Position numbers and translations under genes: made by a program. The notes beneath the pieces were generated by a model. The model did no database searches, was not told the DNA's origin, and worked only from the letters and a program-made list of their open reading frames with translations. This document shows positions 1 to 7,239 of a stretch of DNA of 57,345 nt, piece by piece (the stretch's first letter is position 1; every line of letters begins with the position of its first letter). The DNA comes from an uncultured archaeon (GTDB lineage: Archaea; Iainarchaeota; Iainarchaeia; Iainarchaeales; JAAZKV01): contig CABMEU010000017.1 in NCBI GenBank assembly GCA_902385225.1, forward strand, positions 1 to 57,345, read 5' to 3'.

Positions 1-298
1 TTGAGAATATTGTTGTGAGAAGGGAAATATAACCTCCAAAAAAAGCAAGCCCTCTTTTATTTGTTTCCTTAAGAAGATAAACACACTCCGCGGCCTCCTT
101 TGGGAATCTTGAGGAGAGTTTTGCGTAAGAAAATGCGGTTAGACCTGCGATGATTCACGCGATTACAAAAGCGGCCCATAACAAATTTCCTGTTATTCCC
201 GCCGCAAGACCAATCAGAGTGAAAATTCCTGCGCCGATTATTACGCTTAAGCCATACCAAGTAGCTTCAATAAGCGAAACACTTCTTTCAAGGCTCAA
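1..298 (-). pseudogene. APC-family amino acid permease, disrupted (in-frame TGA plus frameshift); runs off window start
   Basis: Manual translation from TTG at 298, after a GGCGGGGAT RBS-like motif: MSLERSVSLIEATWYGLSVIIGAGIFTLIGLAAGITGNLLWAAFVIA*IIAGLTAFSYAKLSSRFPKEAAECVY. This matches the APC TM1 'IIGAGIF' and 'SYAELSSRFP' motifs. TGA at 155-157. The permease-like sequence (NKRGLAFFGGYISLL) continues in another frame near position 60. Confidence 0.8.
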
Positions 299-342
299 AT
301 TATCCCCGCCTGCTTACTTTGACTGATTTGCTCAAGGTACCA

Positions 343-1002
343 CTACTGCCTATGCCTTCCTCGATAATGCTTCTCATGAGCAACCCTAATTGAGCCGGTG
401 CGTGAATTAGTGAATCTTCTGGTTTCGTGCTTCCCCTGATGAATTCTCTTTTGCATCGGGGTGAGTCCGTAAATTAATTGGCGAAAGTCCTTTGTGTGCG
501 AGAACAAAAGCAGTCCAAGACCTAGGAAAACAGCGAAGCCGATGTAATTCCACGGGTATGGCACAAGGTTAATATCCGGGTCAAGATAAATAAAAATAGC
601 TACTGCGAGAATTACTGCGTAAGCGGTTTCAACAAAAACAAAAACTGTTTTCTGCCTGCTCGCGTTCTTAACCTTATATTGGGTAAGAGCGATAAGCACG
701 TTTGTGAAGTTCTTGTGAATCAAACCAACTTTCTCATCCCTTAGCGCTATTGTGAAGTAGCCGATGAGGAAAAATATTATTGTGCTAAAAAGCCACAAAA
801 AGTTCTGAATTGAAACATCCAGGAGAAAAGTGAATCCTGCTTTTGCGATGTGCTCTATTCTGAAAATATTATACAATTGTACCGCCGCAAGAAGCACAAG
901 CATAGCTTCCTCAAGAACAAATACTATTGCAGCGTTATCAGAAAGAATACTTCTCCTCCTGAAAAACTCACTCTTATGCGAAAATTGCTTTGAGTATTTC
1001 AT
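343..1002 (-). CDS. Hypothetical membrane protein (about 4 TM segments)
   Basis: 219-aa ORF with four hydrophobic segments and a basic C-tail. Confidence 0.7.
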   Translation of the reverse strand: MKYSKQFSHKSEFFRRRSILSDNAAIVFVLEEAMLVLLAAVQLYNIFRIEHIAKAGFTFLLDVSIQNFLWLFSTIIFFLIGYFTIALRDEKVGLIHKNFTNVLIALTQYKVKNASRQKTVFVFVETAYAVILAVAIFIYLDPDINLVPYPWNYIGFAVFLGLGLLLFSHTKDFRQLIYGLTPMQKRIHQGKHETRRFTNSRTGSIRVAHEKHYRGRHRQ

Positions 1003-1116
1003 GACAAAACAACGCTTTTTGGCTAAATAAACCTTTTCCTGCTGAATTTGCGCAGCGCCTAAAACCCTTATAATAGTTTTGATTCCCTTTTTTGTATTAA
1101 GTATTTGGTGGGTTAA

Positions 1117-2382
1117 ATGGATTCAGCTGCGACTTATGAAGTAAGGGACATAAAACTCGCTGAGAGCGGGAAGAAAAATATTGAGTGGGCAGAAGCGCAG
1201 ATGGGCTCTTTGATGGTTGTTAGAGAAAGATTTAGAAAAGAGAAACCATTCAAAGGAGTTAAAATTGGAATTGCCCTGCACCCGACAAAAGAAACTGCCG
1301 TACTTGTTAGAACACTAGTTGATGGGGGAGCGGATGTCGCAATATGCGCATGTAACCCGCTAAGCACGCAGGATGATGTTGCCGCGGCTCTTGCAAAAGA
1401 GGGCGTAAAGATTTGGGCATACAAAGGAGAAACAAAAGAGGATTACTACAGGTACTTAAACAAAGTAATTGAATTCAAACCTCATTACACACTTGATGAC
1501 GGATGCGACCTTGTCAGCGAGATACACGCAAAGCACCCGCAGTTAATTAAGGACATTATTGCGGGGGCGGAAGAAACCACTACCGGAGTAATCAGGCTCA
1601 AAGCAATGGAGAAAGACGGGGCGCTAAAGTATCCGGTTATTGCGGTAAATGATTTGAAAACAAAACACTTATTTGATAATTATTTAGGCACAGGGCAAAG
1701 CACGCTTGACGGAATACTTCGCGCAAGCGCTATTTTGCTTGCGGGTTCAACTGTTGTTGTAGTTGGATACGGTCACTGTGGAAAAGGAGTGGCGCTACGC
1801 GCCAAAGGAATGGGCGCGAATGTAATAGTAACAGAGGTAGATGCAATCGCGGCGCTCCAGGCACTCACCGATGGCTGCAGGGTAATGCCGATGGAAGAAG
1901 CGGCGAAACTTGGAAATGTTTTCATTACAGTTACTGGAAATAAGCATGTTCTAAGAAAAGAGCACTTCAGTGTGATGAAAGAGAACGCGATACTCGCAAA
2001 CTCCGGGCACTTTGATATTGAAATTGATGTTAAGGCGCTGAAGGAAATGGCGAAGAAAGTTGAGCATGTAAGAACCTCATTTGATAAGTACACACTCGCG
2101 AACGGGAAAAACATTTACTTATGCGGAGAGGGAAGACTTGTAAACCTCGCAGCTGCTGAAGGGCACCCATCAATGGTAATGGCGCAAAGCTTTTGCGGGC
2201 AGGCGCTCGCGGCAGAGTACGCGATTAAAAATAAGACAAAACTTAAGCCGGGTGTTGTTAACTTGCCTGAAGAGATTGATAATAAAATCGCCGATCTTCA
2301 GCTAAAAGCATTAGGGATAAAGTTTGATACTTTGACTCCTGAGCAAATTGAGTATTTGAAGAGCTGGAAAGAAGGAACGTAA
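1117..2382 (+). CDS. ahcY: S-adenosyl-L-homocysteine hydrolase (adenosylhomocysteinase)
   Basis: Motifs CNPLSTQDDVAAAL, EETTTG, TKHLFDN, GYGHCGKG, GRLVNLAAAEGHP. Confidence 0.97.
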   Translation: MDSAATYEVRDIKLAESGKKNIEWAEAQMGSLMVVRERFRKEKPFKGVKIGIALHPTKETAVLVRTLVDGGADVAICACNPLSTQDDVAAALAKEGVKIWAYKGETKEDYYRYLNKVIEFKPHYTLDDGCDLVSEIHAKHPQLIKDIIAGAEETTTGVIRLKAMEKDGALKYPVIAVNDLKTKHLFDNYLGTGQSTLDGILRASAILLAGSTVVVVGYGHCGKGVALRAKGMGANVIVTEVDAIAALQALTDGCRVMPMEEAAKLGNVFITVTGNKHVLRKEHFSVMKENAILANSGHFDIEIDVKALKEMAKKVEHVRTSFDKYTLANGKNIYLCGEGRLVNLAAAEGHPSMVMAQSFCGQALAAEYAIKNKTKLKPGVVNLPEEIDNKIADLQLKALGIKFDTLTPEQIEYLKSWKEGT

Positions 2383-2476
2383 AAGTTATTGCTCTAGCTC
2401 CAAAGCTTATTTTAAAAATTCACTTTCCTCGCTTCCGCGACAAAAGCTTATATTCTGGTTCTGCGTTATTTTGGAT

Positions 2477-3310
2477 ATGAAAAAGTTTCTTGGCACGCTT
2501 ACCTTGGTTTGCTTCGCACTCGTACTGCTCTTTGGATGCACGCAAAGCACAGTGAGTGATGCTTCAAGCACAGCTAATACTTCTCTTCCCACTAATACTT
2601 CTACTGTTGGAACTAGTTCCAATGGAGGCAATAATGATACTTTGAGCACAACAGGAAATGCCGCTCTTGAGGAGTGCAGCGCAAAAGCAAATACTATTGA
2701 GGGGCTCTCTGTTTGCGTGGGGGATATTGCCGCAAAGAAAAATGATATCTCAATTTGCTATGATACTGATAACGCAGTAATGAATCCATTGTGTATTGGG
2801 CAGTATGCGTTTGACAAAAAGGAAATTAGCATTTGCAGGGACTCAAATAATGCTTTTGGAACCTGCCTCTACAGGTATGCATACTTGGCGAATGATGCGA
2901 GCTACTGCAGTTTTGAAGCTAATGCGTGGGACTTTAGCGCGACAAGCAGAAGCGACTGCTTCACAATGCTTGCAAACAAAAACAAGGATGTTTCTGTGTG
3001 CGAGGAGTGGCTTAAGGATAATGTAATATTCAGCAAAACCTCAAGCTCAACTTCCGGAAATTCACTTCAATCATTAAATAGTGAAACAGATGCCTGCTTT
3101 AGCGCGATTGCCCAAATACAGCACGACGCGTCCATTTGCGACAAAATGCCTCTAAACTCAAACAATATTTCCGAGTGCTATATGGGTGTTGCCATAGCCA
3201 CTGCTAACCCAACTGTTTGCAACGCAATTACTAACAAAGCATACGCGGATTACTGCAGATGCAGCGCGGATTTTAGCCAAACAGAGCCATGCACTTATAC
3301 GGGGCAGTAA
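2477..3310 (+). CDS. Cys-rich lipoprotein with repeated 'A..K.D.S.C' units
   Basis: Signal peptide with lipobox LLFGC, a Ser/Thr linker, then repeated C..(A)...kd.siC units typical of DPANN/CPR surface proteins. Confidence 0.75.
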   Translation: MKKFLGTLTLVCFALVLLFGCTQSTVSDASSTANTSLPTNTSTVGTSSNGGNNDTLSTTGNAALEECSAKANTIEGLSVCVGDIAAKKNDISICYDTDNAVMNPLCIGQYAFDKKEISICRDSNNAFGTCLYRYAYLANDASYCSFEANAWDFSATSRSDCFTMLANKNKDVSVCEEWLKDNVIFSKTSSSTSGNSLQSLNSETDACFSAIAQIQHDASICDKMPLNSNNISECYMGVAIATANPTVCNAITNKAYADYCRCSADFSQTEPCTYTGQ

Positions 3311-3329
3311 TGCTGCCTTGGCGGGCAGG

Positions 3330-4091
3330 TTATCTCTTTTTGCATACGAAAAATGCGGGCGGGTACTTTAATGGGGTCTTGTTGTGGGGCTGAAGAGTTG
3401 AATTAACCTCAACCAGCTCAAAACCCGATTTAATTATTTCTTTGATTACTTCTCCCACCGCGGGCACATGAATGTACTGGCTCTTTTTGTAAGTAATCTC
3501 TCTATCCCCGCTCTCCTTGAAATAAAATCTATCCCCAAAATCAATTTCCTTAATTTTCACTCCAATTGGTTTGAGAATGAATTGTTTAACTCCCTGCTTT
3601 ATCCAAAAAGGGATGTATTCCCCTGAGTAGGTTCTCTTGTGGGTGGTGAAAACAAAAATCCCTCCCTTTTTTAGAACCCGCAGAATTTCTTTTAGCGCTT
3701 TTTGCCTATCATCCCTTCCAGGGATATGTGTCCAGCCCTGGTTTGAGAAAAGAACATAATCAAAAGTATTGTCCTTAAACTTTAGTTCGGTGGCGTCCCC
3801 CACACGGTAATTCAATTTCATTCCTTTTGACCTCGCGAGTTCTCTTGCGGTTTGAATCATTTCAGGGACAATATCAACGCCAATAACATCAAAACCCATC
3901 TTCTGCAATGGGATTGTGGTTCTCCCTGTCCCGCAGCCAAGGTCAAGCAAAACCCCTTTCTTTTTGAAATACTTATTAATTATGAGCTTTTCTGCGTCCC
4001 ACAGCCCCCCTTCGGCGAGCATGGTGTATCTCTTTTGAGCCCCCTCGCTTCCAAAAGAATCAATCATTAATTTTTTCAAATCCTCAACCAT
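3330..4091 (-). CDS. Class I SAM-dependent methyltransferase (Methyltransf_11/25 type)
   Basis: LLDLGCGTGR, GVDI, VGDATEL, FDYV, LKKGG motifs. Confidence 0.92.
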   Translation of the reverse strand: MVEDLKKLMIDSFGSEGAQKRYTMLAEGGLWDAEKLIINKYFKKKGVLLDLGCGTGRTTIPLQKMGFDVIGVDIVPEMIQTARELARSKGMKLNYRVGDATELKFKDNTFDYVLFSNQGWTHIPGRDDRQKALKEILRVLKKGGIFVFTTHKRTYSGEYIPFWIKQGVKQFILKPIGVKIKEIDFGDRFYFKESGDREITYKKSQYIHVPAVGEVIKEIIKSGFELVEVNSTLQPHNKTPLKYPPAFFVCKKR

Positions 4092-4229
4092 TTGGGGAAT
4101 AAGGTTTTGAGTTTAATAAATGTTTTGGGGAGAAGCGGGTGGTAATACATAATAAAGGATTAATTTTCTTTAAAAAAAATATGAGAAAAGATTATCTCCA
4201 AAGGAAATAATCTTTTCCCAAAGCGTTTC

Positions 4230-4874
4230 TCATTTTTCTTGCATCTTGTTCCAATCCTCTTTGAGCAACCCGTACGAGTTGGCGTCATGAAGCTTTCCTG
4301 TCGCTCTTGCGCGATAGTTTTGCCGCTGAACCCCCTCAAACACAAAACCAAGCTTTCGAATGGTCGCATTTGAAGCGGTGTTCTCTACCGCTGCCTTGAC
4401 ATTGATTCGGTTTAGGTTCAATTCCTTGAATGCGAACCTAAGTGCTGCGCTTGCCGCTTCGGTCATATGGCCTTTACGCCAATGCGCTTCGCCGAGCCAA
4501 TAACCTAGCGTCGCAACACCATCAAACCAGTTGATTTTGTCTACGCCAAGTCCGCCAATCAATTGCTCAAGAGGCCTTACTTAGCCGCTTATGCAATTTG
4601 GTCCATCGATGATTGCTCCATTAATGGGGGCATTTGCCGACATGATTGGTGCACTTTTTAGGGTGACTGCAAAAGAGTACCCTTCGCGCTTCTCTTGCTT
4701 TTGCTTTACGAGGCAGTTATTTACAAACGTCTCGGCATCAGCTAGAGTGTATGGATATGGAACAACCGCAAGGAAACGAGTAACATTCAAGCTATTGATT
4801 TGAGCCTGTATGCTAGCCGCGTCATCCTTCTGCATGTCCCGCAGAATTAGTCTTTCTGTTTCTATTCTAATTAT
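4230..4874 (-). pseudogene. RimJ/RimL-type GNAT N-acetyltransferase interrupted by an apparent in-frame 81-nt insertion containing TAA
   Basis: ORFs 4581-4835 and 4230-4562 are in the same frame: IIRIETERLILRDMQKDD...YSFAVTLK[SAPIMSANAPINGAIIDGPNCISG*VR]PLEQLIGGLG...LGYWLGEAHWRKGHMTEAA...N.AS..KLGF..EG. The GGAGGTGG RBS is followed by ATA (4872-4874) instead of ATG. Confidence 0.8.
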
Positions 4875-4946
4875 TTAAACCACCTCCGGTAAGGAGATTC
4901 GTTATGTCTGCTTATTATTAACTCCCGCGCCGAAAATGTGACATCT

Positions 4947-5019
4947 TATACATTACTTGGCTGGTTTTTTGAAAACTGAGTAATTTGATAAAAAGACTAA
5001 AAAGAAGTATACATTACTT
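4947..5019. repeat. 12-bp direct repeat TATACATTACTT (4947-4958, 5008-5019) upstream of the GNAT gene
   Basis: Two identical copies 61 bp apart in an intergenic region; possible operator. Confidence 0.45.
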
Positions 5020-5062
5020 CTTAACAAATTTTTTAGTGGAAGTAAGTGTTCCATGCTGAAAA

Positions 5063-5383
5063 TCAGTGTTTTTGCGCCCAGTTTTTCAATTTTTCAATGA
5101 TTTCGATAAGTTCCTCCGCTTTTGGAGTGAGCGCGTACTCGGTTTTCACCGGGGTCCCAAGCACAAGGTTCTTTGTGATGAGTTTGTTTGATTCAAGACT
5201 CTTTAGTCTCATTGAGAGGATGCGCGGATTAGAGCTTGGAATATCTTTTAGGATTTGATTGAATCCGGAGCGGTTGTTGTGCGTGTGCATTGAGTCAAGT
5301 ATTAAAAGATCAAATTTTTTGCCGACAAGCGCGACGGCTTTATCAAGCGGGTTTGTTTTCTCTACAACTTTTGTCATAGTCAT
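5063..5383 (-). CDS. HxlR-family winged-helix transcriptional regulator
   Basis: FNQILKDIP..NPRILSMRLKSLE...PVKTEYALT is the HxlR signature; start moved to MTMTK. Confidence 0.9.
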   Translation of the reverse strand: MTMTKVVEKTNPLDKAVALVGKKFDLLILDSMHTHNNRSGFNQILKDIPSSNPRILSMRLKSLESNKLITKNLVLGTPVKTEYALTPKAEELIEIIEKLKNWAQKH

Positions 5384-5465
5384 CAATTCCAAAATTTTTT
5401 TCTTATACTTGCGATGCTTCTTGATTTGATGCATTTAAATGCATTTAATCAAAAGTTCAACACAA

Positions 5466-5480
5466 CTATACTTAGTATAG
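5466..5480. promoter_or_regulatory. Palindromic operator candidate CTATACT-T-AGTATAG
   Basis: Perfect 7-bp inverted repeat between the divergent HxlR gene and the TATA box at 5506-5513. Confidence 0.5.
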
Positions 5481-5535
5481 CTAGTAATCTTTTTAAAGCT
5501 ACTTATTTAAATATAGTTAGGTTGAAGTTAGTGTT

Positions 5536-5824
5536 ATGAACTGGTCAAAATTTGTTAGAGGAGAAGAAGCTGTATCAGCAAAAAGAGGGCACAACTTTTA
5601 CCTGGATTCGGTAATGCTCGAAATTGCAGAGCAAGGCACTCTAGCTAATTGGGTAAGAGAAACAAACCATAGAATTTACCATTATTAGGTAAACCCAGTT
5701 AACTCTCACACAGCTTTGAATCTTTAACACGGAAAAGTAATGCGTTCAATCGCCAAGAATTGGGGTTGGAGAAGTCAAATAGAATTGGATGTTCAGTCCG
5801 TTCGAGTTTGACGAGTTGGGCGCG
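5536..5824 (+). ncRNA. Candidate ~290-nt structured RNA of unknown family (overlaps a 50-codon ORF, 5536-5688)
   Basis: TATA TTTAAATA (5506-5513) upstream. Nested helices 5553-5561/5721-5729, 5566-5573/5710-5717, 5587-5591/5615-5619, 5598-5602/5610-5614, 5646-5654/5693-5701. Terminal pairing 5539-5549/5807-5817. Terminator directly downstream. Confidence 0.45.
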
Positions 5825-5827
5825 AAT

Positions 5828-5865
5828 TGGCGGATTGTTGGGATCCGCCATTTTATTCTTTTTTT
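5828..5865 (+). terminator. Hairpin plus T-tract terminator
   Basis: TGGCGGAT/ATCCGCCA stem followed by TTTTATTCTTTTTTT. Confidence 0.7.
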
Positions 5866-5966
5866 AGTTTTTTTTCTCATTTTCCTCCCTTTGGGACTCC
5901 GAAAGTGAGTGCTGATACTTTCTCTTTTTGGGTTAAGCTTATTTATTCCCGCGAAATAACTTTGTT

Positions 5967-6476
5967 ATGAAACAAAAGTATGCGCGAAAGGGACTCGTTG
6001 TAAAAGAAGCCACACTTGGGGAAAAGGAATGGCTTTTTTGTAATCAGGACTTATTTTCTGAACCATACAGTATACCGCCAGGACTAACAGACTCAGAAAA
6101 ATATAAGGTGTTTGTGCTAAAAAAAGGAAGCGAACTTTTGGGATTTCACTCTTTCCAAATACGCGGGGCGGGAGAAGGAGCATATGTGGATCATTTAGGA
6201 ACCTCCATACGCGAGGGGTATGAAGGACAAAGACTTGGAAGATTCCTCGTTGGGAGAGTGAGAGAGCGGATATATGCTAAGGGAGTAAATAAGGGAGTTC
6301 TGCAGGCGGAGAGAGTGCGGTCAAAGAAATTCTGGGGAACTATTGGATACACCCCAATACACGGAACTCCCATGGGGGTTGAGGGAAAAACTTTGTTTAA
6401 TATAAATTTTAAGGGATTAAAGACGCCCCCAAGAAAGACTTCCTGGCCAAAAGCGCTTGGAAGAAGGAAGCGGTAG
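5967..6476 (+). CDS. GNAT-fold acetyltransferase, basic
   Basis: Motif A-like YEGQRLGRFL and FWGTIGY; Lys/Arg-rich termini. Confidence 0.65.
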   Translation: MKQKYARKGLVVKEATLGEKEWLFCNQDLFSEPYSIPPGLTDSEKYKVFVLKKGSELLGFHSFQIRGAGEGAYVDHLGTSIREGYEGQRLGRFLVGRVRERIYAKGVNKGVLQAERVRSKKFWGTIGYTPIHGTPMGVEGKTLFNINFKGLKTPPRKTSWPKALGRRKR

Positions 6477-6496
6477 CAGACAGCATGAAGTGAAAT

Positions 6497-7198
6497 TTAG
6501 TTTTGTATTTGATAATCAACTTCCTCGGGAATTATCCCTTCCTTAATCATCAATTGAACCCTGCGCTTATTCTTCTCAATTTCCTTTGTCGGGTTTTCTC
6601 TTAGCCTTGAAGTAAATTGTTCAAACTGCTTCCAATGACTCACTCCCCCAATTTGCTGTGAATCAGCGCCCCTGAAATGAAATGCCTTATACTTTGCCGC
6701 GTGTGCTTTGACTACTGCAACATCTTCAAATGGACCCTCAAAAACCGCATAACTGTCAAGAACATTCTGCAGGGAATGAAATACTAATGTGTGGACTTCT
6801 CCCTTTACAACCGTTTCAACATAGTCATGAACTTCCCATTTCTTTTTATCCTGATTAAAATAAATCTCCCTCGCAAGCCATGCTGGCACTTTTAATGAAT
6901 TAAGAAGTCCTATTGCGAGGTTGCATCTTTCCGAGCAGTGAAGGCAGCCAATATGTTTTTTCCCCATTGCGGCCTGTTCTGCGCTTCGTTTAAAGAGCCG
7001 CATTTTATCAACGCCAATTCGCCAGTCAATTGGTATTTTCTTCAAAACCAAATCCGCAACCTGTTCTACTTTTTGCTTGGCATTCTCCCCTTTTACGCCA
7101 GCGGATAATGCAGAAACTTTTCCAAAAACTCTAGTATTCCGCCTAAACCTTTGAATATCCGTGCGCGCCGGCTTTGGTCCAAATCGTGGAGGTCTCAT
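6497..7198 (-). CDS. Transglutaminase-like domain protein with a basic Pro/Arg-rich N-terminus
   Basis: HCSERCNLAIGLLNSLKVPAWL...VHDYVE resembles the Cys/His core of transglutaminase-like proteins; start moved to MRPPRFGPK. Confidence 0.55.
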   Translation of the reverse strand: MRPPRFGPKPARTDIQRFRRNTRVFGKVSALSAGVKGENAKQKVEQVADLVLKKIPIDWRIGVDKMRLFKRSAEQAAMGKKHIGCLHCSERCNLAIGLLNSLKVPAWLAREIYFNQDKKKWEVHDYVETVVKGEVHTLVFHSLQNVLDSYAVFEGPFEDVAVVKAHAAKYKAFHFRGADSQQIGGVSHWKQFEQFTSRLRENPTKEIEKNKRRVQLMIKEGIIPEEVDYQIQN

Positions 7199-7239
7199 AA
7201 GAAGAAGTTTTGATGTTTGAAAATATAATTGTTTCTTTT

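Noticed and set aside
5536..5824. SRP RNA, RNase P RNA, group I intron or T-box identity for the structured RNA
   Set aside because: Only fragmentary resemblances (AAATTGCAG, GATGTTCAGTCC, GAGCAAGG). The required partners and motif order are missing.
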